Assembly: GCA_025201805.1 (NCBI GenBank)
Contig: MU619329.1
Coordinates: 42,154-106,153, forward strand
Direction: 5' to 3'
Source: Parasitella parasitica NRRL 2501
Taxonomy: Eukaryota; Fungi; Mucoromycota
DNA length: 64,000 bases
Below are positions 1-11,904 of the stretch, piece after piece (within the stretch, counting starts at the first letter, position 1; each line of letters begins with the position of its first letter). A program made the translations under genes and the position numbers. The notes under the pieces are model-generated. The model did no database searches, had not been told where the DNA came from, and saw only the letters and a list, made by a program, of their open reading frames with translations.

Positions 1-425
1 AACAACTTTAAATGCTTCGTTGGCTTTACGAAGTTTAGCTTCTTCTTTCAACTCTTTTTTACGCTGTGCTTTCTCTGCTAATGCGGCAGCGGCGACAGCG
101 GATTTACTTTGCTTGCGTGGGACTTTGTTGAATAATTCGAATGCGAATTGTTGTGTGGCAGCATCGCTTGGGGCACCTGTATTGACTAGTTTTTGATACA
201 ATTCTTGTGGAGAAGAAGCCTTTTGTGCTATTTTCATGCAATTAGCTTTTATTCGACGGAGGCTTTCTATCCATTTTACCTGTGGCAATGATAAAGTCTA
301 CTATGGTAGTCTCGGACATACCTAAAAGCTAGAAACGTATAGCTGAGTTGTATGCTTCAATAATTCTTCTACGCATTTATTATTACCTTCATGGTATTAT
401 CAGATACCCAAGAGTGTAAGTCCAT
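1..425 (-). CDS. DHX16: 5' part of DEAH-box splicing helicase DHX16/Prp2/Cdc28 (runs off the window)
   Basis: Manual splicing gives MDLHSWVSDNTMK/LLGMSETTIVDFIIAT/AQKASSPQELYQKL...QQFAFELFNKVPRK, resembling the DHX16 N-terminus. Not in the ORF track. Confidence 0.75.
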
Positions 426-793
426 TTTCTTTGACTGATCCTTAAAAGTTAAAAAGTAAAGACATTGCTAACTTGAAGTTATCACAAGAAAACCTTTCTC
501 TTGCTTACAGTGACTGGCTTAAAGGCATCTGTAACTGCGGTCGTAAGCTGTCAAAGCATGGAAATGGCATTATGAACATCACTTTATATGAACATGCAAA
601 TTCCATTGATAAAAATTAACTTCTGCATGTAAGAGAAAGAACTTAGACTGTCCAAAAGTATTGAAATCGACGCTTATCAGGTAAGAAGATCTTCGTCATA
701 CACTAATATCAGATGCGAAATGTTTATATAAAGAATGAAGCTCCTATCCTGCTTCTGCAAAATTTATTCCTGAATATGTACATGTTGTCAAAC

Positions 794-1776
794 TTACGCT
801 CTGATCTTTTTATTTGACTCTTGCCCTTCTTCAGCATTGCTCTTGCGTTTCATCATCATACTGCCCATTTTCATCCCACTTGAGGCTGTTGTTGTGGTTA
901 AGGGAGATGCAGAAGCTGATTTTTTGGCGAGTGCTGAAAGACCAGTTCTTTTCTTCATGCCTCCCATCATCATCTGGGATCCTTTGAATTTAGGCGCTTC
1001 CGCCGCGATAGTTACTGGCTTCATGCTCAGGCTTAATTTTATAGGTTGTTCTCCATCTCTTTTCAAATCTGTTGCTTCCGGCTCTACAATGCCACGCTCT
1101 TCAGCTGATTTTGTGGCTTTCTCGATCTGTTCTTTTAGTAATTCCAACTCTCTTTCTTCGTCATCCTTCTTGGCTCTGTCCATCTTTTGAATAGCAGCCT
1201 ATACATGTGTATGGTAAGCAATCAATTTGGTATTTCTCTTTATCAATTCCTTAATGCTACCTGCTTGGCAAGTGCTTTTGGGCTATTGTCGACCCAAGTA
1301 ATATATAGTCCTCTTTCCGCTTCATCGACTCGCAGAATGCCTTCTCTGCCCATTTGTTTGCAGAATTCGCTTAATGAATTCCATTTCGTAGCGTTCATAT
1401 GAATATGCTCCTTGAAAGCTATATACTCTTGATACACCTTGTTTGCCAAAACTCTCTTGGTACCATGACGGCGAGATAGAATACCCAAAAATTCCTTTTT
1501 AAAATCTGAAGAATAGTTGTGGATGAATCTACCAGGATTCGCAGCTACAAGCAGCATTTGTCGCTGATGAGATTCGGACATGGTATGGCATTTGAAGCCG
1601 TTTTCGTCACGGCATTGTTTTTCACAAGCCTGGCAGTAAAAACGCAGCTTTTGAAGACCTTTAGCCTGTAGGAATGTGAGTTGATAATCGCAGGTACTTG
1701 TGCTCAATTTGACTCATTATATTACCTTCATACGGTTACCAAGATCCTTGGGCGACATGAACTCTGCTTTAGCCAT
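794..1776 (-). CDS. KIN17: KIN17/Rts2 DNA/RNA-binding zinc-finger protein
   Basis: MAKAEFMSPKDLGNRMK/AKGLQKLRFYCQACEKQCRDENGFKCHTMSESHQRQM and HIHMNATKW signatures; 3 exons. Confidence 0.93.
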
Positions 1777-1973
1777 TTTGTATTGATTATTTCTTGATAG
1801 TGAAAACAGTAAAAGAAAAAAGGAGATGAACTCGATAATTGCATTTTCTTGATAGAATGATTGGTGCAATAGCTATGTTGCTGCGTGACTCCAGTCTGAA
1901 TACTGTACACATTCGTATTTGGTATGAGAATAATTCGCTTTAACTCTTTGTTTTTAAATAAAAAAAGTCTATA

Positions 1974-3335
1974 ATGCCCTGTCCTGCATGTAATAGTGAC
2001 AACATAGACTCTGATGAAGGTGTAACTGTATGCGCATCCTGTGGAACTGTGATTGATGACTCTGTTTTTCAAGATAATGATTTCAGCTATACTCAAACAA
2101 ATTCAGAATATCTCCAACCGAAAACCAAAACTCGGACTGGAAAGGTAAATGTAGTTAGACAATATGTTGTCCATGAGTTTTACGCTAACCACTATTGACC
2201 GGTACAGCATAAAAGCGCTCTAGCGAATGTTGAAAAAATAGCTACATATTTCAGAATACCTGAAGACTCGATTGCTCAAGCTAAACATTTAATCCTGAAG
2301 CACAGTGAAGATCTCTCAAATCGAAATCCTTTGGAGACAGCATTGTTCGTCACTTATTTAACTGCTAGAGACCGGATATCACCTTGGTCTATTGAAGATT
2401 TTATAGAAAACTTTCCTATTCCAGTCAATAAATCAATAGTCCGGCATATCAATTTCACTTTTGCCAAAAAATCCAGCTTGTACAAGTCTATCCAGTTTGA
2501 ATCCTCTCAGAACGAACCAGATATATTTTTGGAAACTATCATGCCTGGCATCAAAAAGCAGTATGGTGGATCACATAAAATGCCCAAGTCAACGACAATA
2601 CAGCTAAAGCAACGAACAAAAGCGTTGATCAACTTGGGCGACTTGTATGGATTAAATACTGGCCGAAAAGCTAGGCCAACAATCATCGCCACAGCTATGA
2701 TCGCCTATGCTTCACTTCAAATACAAAGCAAATCTAGTAACTCCAATACAAAATCATCCAAAAAACTTAGTCTATACCAAAATCGTCGACTTGATTGCTT
2801 TAAAAAGTATTGCACTTTTAGCAATAAGATTATACAAAGTAGAATGTATGACTATATGGATTTCCTTCATGCTTGTGCTATTAATATTTCATGGATACCT
2901 AATCCTGATAAAAAGTTTATACATTACTTTTTGCAGGATATTCTCGATATGTATAGCCAGCAGAATGGCGCAGCTCCACATTTGAAGCTGACAGACGAGC
3001 AATACACTATCACCGTAATAAAGAAAAATGCTGCCTTGTCCAGCCAATTCGAAATCTTGATTAATTCTGCCCAACGACACATTGACAATAACAGTGCACC
3101 CAGCGACTACCGATCACTAGAATATAGCATTTTTTACTTGATGACATTTGGATTGACAAGAAGCGATATAATGCAGTGGTCAGAACGATCAATACGAGGC
3201 ATGGCTGATTCTCTGCAATTCAGATCAAAGTATGGAACAAACGCAAGCCTTGAATTAGACCTGGATAGAGAAGAATTGGACGACAAAGACATGTTGGATC
3301 AAGAAGTGGATGTTTATATACAGTCAATAGAGTAG
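1974..3335 (+). CDS. TFIIB-related factor, BRF2-like, 432 aa (intron 2145-2207)
   Basis: N-terminal Zn ribbon CPAC...CASCG; cyclin-fold segment RTKALINLGDLYGLNTGRKARPTIIATAMIAYASLQ; acidic C-terminal [11 protein letters not shown]. Confidence 0.75.
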
Positions 3336-3391
3336 TGTGTAAATATGGATTCTATTCTTTTTACTTTACTGGCATCGAACTTGGATAGATA

Positions 3392-3700
3392 CTGATCTAT
3401 CAGAATGAGAAATTATTCAAATAAAACGGTCGTGAATTAATCAGGTAAAGATCTCGTTTATTACATGAAAAAATGATGGTTTATATACTAGTGAAGCTAA
3501 GTGGACTGATGGGAGGATAAGATACAAGTGTGAGACATGGTGTGATTTAGAGAGTGGAACGGTACATTGTATCTATCGTCCATGTACATGTCATGTTGAG
3601 TTATAAATAAGGAACATGATCCATTGGGATATGTTCCTGAATTGTGTTCAGGATTGAATCTACTTGAGTTTGACTTCCGGTTGGGAAATTGACACATCAG
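3392..3700. repeat. Dispersed repeat family A, copy 1
   Basis: Aligns by eye, same orientation, with 39107-39402; shared core ggaacatgatccattgggatatgttcc. Confidence 0.85.
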
Positions 3701-3999
3701 ATACCACCCAAATTGATCATTACAGAAAAGCTTTAAGTTGATGTGATCAAATGCTATGTACTCGACATAACTTGAATTTGTCTCTAAAGTTTAAATCGGC
3801 TTTTATATTAGACAGCATGCTGAGATTTATAATTTTTTTTGTGCCAGGTATGCTACTGCGGCAAACGATTTGGTTGATACAGCTTACTTTCAACTTTGAA
3901 GGTATGTTTATTGTAAAATTAAGACAGTTAACTATAGAATCATGATAATTAATGATCACGGATCAATAAACGTAGTATAATAATAGTATAAATCCCAAT

Positions 4000-4423
4000 T
4001 GTTATACGTCTTTACTGCGCACATTACAGTACATGTAGTCTATATGATCTGCCATAATTATAGACAGGAGATCATGGCAATGTACTTCAATTGAAGATTG
4101 AAGATTGTCCAATGATGTGATGTGATACGCTTGTGTAAATTGGCGAATAAAGTCTCTGTTTCAAATCAAGAAGGTTATTCCTGTAAGTAACACAGATCTG
4201 AGCACCAGGATAAAGGTTAAGGCTCTGTCAGATCAAAGACATGTAGCCCTTGCTGTATAACCTCATATCGTACCCTGTCAAGTAGATTGTCACTGTGAAT
4301 TAATCTTGTCAATTAGTAATCTAAATAAGTCACCATAAATTTATGTAGTTGTAAAAAGTATAAATAGCAGATGCAATTTCGATCTTAAATAAAGTATCTT
4401 TAAGTTTTCGTATCTCGTTAACA
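4000..4423 (+). mobile_element. Possible degenerate or solo LTR
   Basis: Begins TGTTA, ends TAACA, has internal TATAAATAG then AATAAAG, and is followed by tt-TGG (PBS-like). No target-site duplication. Confidence 0.3.
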
Positions 4424-4800
4424 TTTGGCTTTTGTTATCTTTTTTAACCCAACACTAGTATACCAATTTAAAATAATTGGCTGAATCAAAAGTGGACAAC
4501 AAATCATTGAAATAGGAAATTTATTTCACAATAACCAATGAATACTTCAATTTTTAAGCTCATTTTTATCAGAAAATCATTGAGACTTTACAAAATAATT
4601 TAAACAATACTCCTCCGCACGCTTCATACCAACAAGACAAACTTGATCCAAGAAAAACATTACACAGGAGACCATACAGCTTAAATCTGAGTTTCAAATA
4701 TTACAACTCCGAATTTCGAAAAATTCGCGCGACCGATTCATGGGAAATTTGACAATATCTACCATAACATACCATCTAAGAGACATCCAAAGCTGCAAAA

Positions 4801-5165
4801 GAGTCAACGCTTAGCTTTTCAGGTTAGGTCATGGTTCTACGGTCATTTTAGCAAAAGTGGTGTGTAAATATTTGATATTGATGATAAATATTGAAAAATA
4901 AAACTGTTTTTGTGGATAACTTTTGATAGAGACATTTCCCAGTGGAAATCAAGTTATGCTCAGATAGCGATGATCATGCCTGTTTTTATGAAGCATAAAA
5001 CAGGGGTTATATTGCTCTTTATCGTAGCGTATCAGTGTTAATATGCGATTTTCGTATGGTTTCCGCAGATAACTTACTAGATTTAAAAAAATCATACAAA
5101 TGTTTTCGCCAAATAATAGCTCCAATTCAACGCTGAGTTTTCCAAGTTAGATCACGGTTCTACGG
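4801..5165. repeat. Dispersed repeat family B, copy 1 plus partial tandem copy at about 5125-5165
   Basis: Shares ggtcattttagca, gaaaaataaaactgtttttg and atgctcagatagcgat with 38805-39040 and 38385-38460. Confidence 0.85.
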
Positions 5166-6248
5166 TTTGTGTAGTAGAACGAGCAGCTATTGGAATTTTA
5201 TAGCAATTGGTCTTTGATGAGAGTTATCATATGCATGCAATTGTCGAAACACATATAATATGTCCAACACAAACATTTAAGTTCTTTACATCAAATAATT
5301 ATTAGCTCTATATCTGACTCAAAGTAGCAATTATTTAAAATGATTAAAGGAAACAGCATAGGTAGTGAAATATAGCTCATTAATAATACGGTACATTCTC
5401 TTCTGATTTAATTATAATAATCTGCTAATAAGTCAGCATTGATTCTCGGATCAATGCTCCACTCAAAAAAAGCTGATACACAACAAACCCAACTTTTATA
5501 AAAGGAAGATGCCTTCACTTGATGTAATATCCAACAAACACTTTAATAAATATGAAGAAGCCACAACTTTTTTGCAGACGTATACATTTTACATTTATTC
5601 TGATTATTTTGTGGAAAGGGAATGTATCCTTACCCTTCACAGAAAAACAGATTGTGAGGCAATGGTAGTAGAGTACCTTATTGAAACTGCAATTAGATAT
5701 ATTACACTAATGTTTCTTTTTATTCCATCACAGACAGAATCAATATTTTTTTTGAATACATCTTTTTACAGATGCGTCATTTTTTATGGGGAACAAAGGC
5801 ACTTATCATGGTACATAATTCATGAAATCTTTTAGAGATTGATGAGATGAATATAGAAAATATGACCAAGTAGTAGTGTATGAAGAAGTGCGCTGAAAAG
5901 TTTACGAAAATGGGAACAATGGTGAATAAAATAAGCGTATAACTAACTTGACTTCACTCATGTCAGATACTAGCGTTCTTTACGTGAATAAATTCGCTCG
6001 CTTCGTAAGTCAGTCATTAAGTCCTATAATGCAAACAGCATTTCATACGCTCATTTTGCCGGCATGCTCTTTATTTGTATACGAAGAATTATAAAAGACC
6101 ATCATGATTCAGGCTATTTTTCTTGTCGCATTTCGAAGTGTTCAATGTTGAGAGCGTTAGTATTCCGGTTAAGTCACAATAACGAACATCTGTTCATTTT
6201 TTCTTTTCGTTTTTACCTCTATAATACTTTTAAAAAGTTTACAAGCAA

Positions 6249-6869
6249 ATGAGACTTGGTTCACTTAGTGCAGAGTTAGATGCCATCACAAGAGAGTTCG
6301 ACTACGGTATTGTGCCAGGGTCAGCAACTGTATTTGTGAAAGATGAAGTAAATGGAATCGGCCGTCTTGACCTCACTTTATTGGAAGGTGTTATGATTGT
6401 GTTGGAAGTTACTGACGAAGGCTACAAGGTAATAGAGCATAGAATTAAAGCAAAGCAAGCAAGATGAACAAGCAGTTTGTAGGTCACATCCTGCTCTCCT
6501 CTTTGCAATGTAGATCCTGCGCTATCCACTGCACATACTGTACAAGCTCACCTTGAAAAACCATTTGAAAGCATGGAGAATTTATTAATGACCATATCGC
6601 CCATGTTTCGAGATAGATTCCAACAAGAACTTTACAGTAAACTCCAAAGTGTTCAGCAACAACAGCAACAACAACCTTTGCATCCTACTTCGTTACATAT
6701 AAATCAATCATTAGCATCATCACAACCTGAGTTAACCAATCAACCTAATAATATTTATACACCAATGAACACAACCACAGGGGCAATCACATCAACATCA
6801 TCAGCACCTAATACAGACACTCATTCTGATTTAAATGCGTTTGATAATTTAAACAAATGGATAAATTAA
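6249..6869 (+). CDS. GSKIP/DUF727 domain protein
   Basis: LDLTLLEGVMIVLEVTDEGYKV and FESMENLLMTISPMFRDRFQQELYSKL; one intron. Confidence 0.8.
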
Positions 6870-6920
6870 ATCAAGACATTCTTTATTTGTAAAAACGAAT
6901 CAATTTTTGCTTTTTCATTT

Positions 6921-9025
6921 TTAGATGAGACTTCTAACAGTACCCATTATGCCCAAAGAAGCTGCAATAAACAACAAGAAGTAGCTTAATGCAATTTCTT
7001 TCGCAGACATGGTATTCTTGAATAGTTTTAAATGGCACATCAATGGGAATATACCGGAAATAATAAATGAGAAGAGTGCCCCTAACAATGACATGATTTG
7101 ATCGAAGTTGGGTAATAGAATGGCTAGCATGACGATGAATGCAGATGTCAAAATAACGCCTCCAGTTTTTATAACAGGCTTTCTCCAACTTGACCTGCTA
7201 AGCCAATCGTCAATAGCAGGATAGCTTGTCAATCCAATTTGCCAGCTCAAAACCACAGGATTTAAGGTTAACCCGTATTTTGCGATAGGGTTTAGAGCTA
7301 TAAGCCAGACAGCCAATCTATTCAGCATTTGATTATACTCTGGAATTGTAACCAGATTTTGTGTAATCTATTTTAAATTATTTAAATCATAAATTTGTAC
7401 TCGGTAAATATATCTCACGATTATTTTATTACCTCCTGCATGGTATCTGATCCAAACATTGCATATCCACTTGCTGCTACTGTCATGTACACAAAAGCTG
7501 TGACAATATAAGTGTAATTCACCATCTTCTTATATTCTTTCGGTGATTCCATATCTCTGTAGATTGTCGGGAAGACAGCATGGCCAGCAAAGCCCGCCAT
7601 AATCAATCCAAAACTCATTGGAACGGCCATCCAATCCTCGGGAAGTACAGAAGCATCCTAAGAAAATATACAGAAGGTGTGTGAACAAACAGAAAGTCTA
7701 TTACCAAATAAGGTTTTCAAATGAAGAAGATACGTTACTGCTGCAAATTCGTGTAGACTTCCAGGAGCATCTGGTTTGGATAAACCATCGTATAAGATCA
7801 CAGCGAGCAGACTAAATACGCTCAAAATACCAAGCAGGCTTGTGTAAGATAAATGGCGTACGGGTATAAACAGTGTAGGTGTCAATATCAAAAAGGAAAT
7901 ACAACGAATCAAAAGAGGATCGTGCCCTGGAAATAAACTTTCGATGCCATCGCTCAATAAAACAACCAGTGCAATGCTAATATTTTGCTTTGTAAATCAG
8001 TTGTTAAGTGGAATATATAAGCAATTATTTACCTGCAAGTGATTAATTCTGTAAGAAATAAAAATGAGATAAATATTCTGCCCCTGACACCATAAGCATT
8101 AGCTCCCATATCACCGTATGTACGAGAATCGGGATCAGTGTCCAAACATTTCGCCAACAATTTAGCAGTGTAATTGGTAAGGCCAAAACAAAAAATAAAT
8201 ACAATTAGCCCGATAGCCCATCCAGCGTTCTACCCTAAACTGTCACTTGATTGCAATGTTATTTTTTCTATAAAAAAGATTTACCTTAAATCCTAATGGC
8301 AATGCTAAAATCCCTACACCAATCAAGATGTTGATAGAGTTGAAAATGCTCTGCAAAAAAGAAGACTTTTTTGGGATCACATGTTGTTGCGGGTAGCTGT
8401 CAGCCACTGTCATGACACTTGCACAAGTATCCACCTTCTGTAGCGATGGAAACAAGAGCGGTGTTCTCTCATGAAGAGTTCCTTCTGAGTTACGCCTTGA
8501 TGAAGACTGATTTTGATATCTGAAGAGTAACAACACAAAATAGAGTTTGAGAATCCGCTTTTTTTTTTTTTTTCTAGTTTCTTTTAGGGAAGATTCTATG
8601 TTGTACAATCTGTACTAATGGGAGGGGGAAGGGAAGGGATGACAAGAAAAAAAGCAGGAGTGAAGGGTATCTAGTGTGTAGACATACCTTGGTAAATAAC
8701 TAGAATGAGCAGAACAAGCATCATAGTCATCGTCATCATTCGTCTATTTGTAATTTGTTTAAATTTTTTGATCCACGAAAGTACAATGAAAGAAACTTAC
8801 CATGCCTCCTTCAGAAACCAATACGTTTTCAGCCATGTGCATCATTGAAGTTCTAGAGTACGAGCCAACAAATGTTTCTATACGATCTTTAAAAGATTGG
8901 CTCAGTTGAGCATCTGGATCTTGAAGGTAGCCATTGTTTTGACTAGGAGACCCATCTTCTGGTAGCATTCCTCGATGCTCAGGATGTAGATTTGGTATAT
9001 GTAAGCTACTGTTTTTATCTGTCAT
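6921..9025 (-). CDS. AVT1-like vacuolar amino acid transporter (Aa_trans family)
   Basis: SSFLQSIFNSINILIGVGILALPLGF, FAGHAVFPTIYRDM and IALNPIAKYGLTLNPV; multi-exon. Confidence 0.9.
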
Positions 9026-9056
9026 TTCAAAATAAATTTGTAAGTATAAATAATAT

Positions 9057-9060
<4 letters not shown>

Positions 9061-9120
<60 letters not shown>
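9061..9120. repeat. 60-nt poly(A) tract
   Basis: Directly visible. Confidence 0.95.
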
Positions 9121-9123
<3 letters not shown>

Positions 9124-9194
9124 GGCATGAGCTTATAAATCTACCTGATTACTTTATTTGGTAAAAAACGAAAAACTGGCTTGTAAAAAAAAAT

Positions 9195-9900
9195 CTAGCC
9201 TTCTATTATAGATTGACTTTGCTCATCCGCTATTGCTCGTAGCGATTGATTTATCTGCTGCTTTACCATTTCTACGGCATAACAATATTAATTTCATGGT
9301 AGACAGCAATTTCCACGATGACATACCCATTTCTTTCACTGCTTCTTCGTATTCCTCGCTTGCAATTCGATTTTCTTCTTCAAGTGATTTCAATAGATTG
9401 ATCTATGTTAATTGCATTGCATAAATAATTCCATTTGCATGCATCAAACTCAAGCTTTCTTCACCTGCTCTTCTTCAGTTTGCTGAATGCCCGGTAAAAC
9501 TTCTATAAGTGAGTCGATTTCTTTGGCTTTTTTTACTAAATCTGTTGCTAGTTCTCGCATATTTTCTATTTACGATTGAACATCAGGATCTTTTTTTTTG
9601 CATCTAGATGGTTTAGTACCTTGAAACACTTCAGGCTCATCTGCTTGTACTAGAAACCGAGTAGAGCTGATTAAATTAATGTTATTCGGCTTTTTTTTTC
9701 TATGTATATACTTTTAGGTTGGGCCACTGGTATATTTTGGTTGAGCTCTGCCATGCCAGACTTTTCGTGAACGTAATATATACTATTTGTAAACATTCTT
9801 GCCATCTATTTAATTGCTCAATCATAATGTGCGCGAAGGTAGCTATTGGCTTTACACTTACGGCGTCGATGGCATCTTGTAATTGTGTTAATCTGTCCAT
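9195..9900 (-). CDS. MED21: Mediator subunit 21 (Srb7)
   Basis: Starts MDRLTQLQDAID, contains LVKKAKEIDSLIEVLPGI, ends QINQSLRAIADEQSQSIIEG*; several small exons. Confidence 0.92.
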
Positions 9901-11904
9901 GATTTATATATTTAAAAAAGTGGAGAATACACAAACAAAATTTTCCTTGTAGTTTGTTGTTCAAATTCTTAAATCCCAGCAACCTTGTCAGGCATTTGGG
10001 TTGCTCAAAGTTGCATCTTACTGTACCGCATAGAGAAGGAGACGTTAATTGTCGGATGGTTCTATCAGGCATATTCAAAGGTGCCCAAAGCTACATCTTT
10101 TTGAATTTTTAATAGATAGATTATATTGAACTGTTAAATTATGTTGTACTTAACAGATACTTTTTTGTTTTCATCGTACCCTCAAATATTGGCTCTCCAT
10201 AATACACAGTAAATAGTTTATTTTTATCAATAGAGTTGCCTTGACAACCTAAATATGTCACCAGAACTACAGGATCAAGCCATTGAAATCATCAGAAATA
10301 TAATCGTAGCAAAAGTTCATATCTACCCAATCCTTAAAAAAGACATTTGCTAATTATTAAATCACGCGATGAAGATTGGTTCATGAAACACAAGCCCACA
10401 TAGCTAATGTCTTCATCAACTAATCCTTTATGGAGATGCAAGAGCCTGTCAAACATTTTAAACACTCCATGCATTATATTTTGAATCAAATCTTTTCTTT
10501 CCTGGATTGTTAATAGTCTTCAATCCTTATTGCGTACATGAGTATCTTTAAGTTCTCTTTTTATTCCTCTGAGTTTCTGGACATCAGATAGCAGAAATCA
10601 GAATGAAAGGCAATTCTTCTCATGAACAAAAAGTATGCATGATTACAGAGATTAATCGAATATACCCTTAGGTCCATCAAGTTTGTTGGATGACCAAAAT
10701 CAGGGTTTGTTTCATTGGTTAGTTTGCTTGTTTTCTTGTATTTTCAGCTATTTTGAAAACAAAAATCTACCCATCTAACTGTTCTATTGACAAATACAAT
10801 TACGGTTGCTTAAAACTGCAAAAAAAAAAAGGAGGGTGTGGAACAATGCTAATTCTAATCTTGAGTATACACATTAAGCTATACAAAGTACAACAGTTCG
10901 CATGAGATCTATGCCGTACAGCCCATAAATAATCATACTTCCGACATGTCTTTGTGCAATCCTCCCATGCTGGGGGCATGCATTCTGTTTTACTATGTGT
11001 GGATATATATTTGGTTTTCCTAAAGGATGTCTTCCCTACCGCTTGAGGCGCCCTTTTGAGCGGCATTGTCACATTTACTCTAGTGAGGAAAATGAATCTT
11101 GGTCATTTCATTAGAAAAATATCAATCAGGAAGCAGGAGACATTTGGGGCCATGTCAATTGTCATTAGCCAAGGAGGATTCAGGATAGCTTTCTTGATTT
11201 ATGTCTGTCCTCTTCCTTGGGAAGTGCCTAACGTTATCATGTCACTTTGTGATGCTGTAAGCTTCAAAACTTAATGTTCGGTGGCTTTCTGGTTTCTGTT
11301 AAACCAGGCATAGAAGTATGGGTTGAGTCGCAATTAGCAACGTTAACCGACGCCATTTTGCCGCCTGAAGCACATAGGTTGCATTGGTAAGATAAAGGGA
11401 AATATCTTGAGAAGCTCTGCGTAGTAAAATAATTAACTCCATTGCTGATAACAGTACTGAATAATTATAGTAATAGGTCAGCGAGGTGATGAACATATTC
11501 TCATTCACTGAATACAGCACCTAATTCCTCGGATGTAAACTTTGCTAAACAAGTACTGTATTTTTGTTGTTTAAAAAGTAAGCATGATTTGAAGAACGCA
11601 ACTTGGAATTTCTGGCTTTGCATATATTGCGCTATCCCTCATTTCTAGCATTAAAATGTCTTATGGGATGTTTAAAGTGGAGGAAGTACCCTTTTGTCTT
11701 GTAGAAACACATCATTAATCAGTCTTTCATTAGAATTATACACATAGAGAGCTTGGTACATGTTCCCCCTCCGGATAGGAAGTTATTGACGAAAAGGATA
11801 AAAGTTAACCCCAAACCTTTTATGAGGAGGTTAAAGTGCAGCAGCACGCGCCAGTATTTATACAAAGGTATTATACTTTTTCCACAGTTACATAAATCTC
11901 ACCT

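Noticed and set aside
5624-5631. GTATCCTT U12-type 5' splice site
   Set aside because: Lies in intergenic DNA with no credible host gene.
10200-11700. Short ORFs between MED21 and APE4
   Set aside because: No recognisable motif or consistent splice model; possibly decayed sequence but not supportable.
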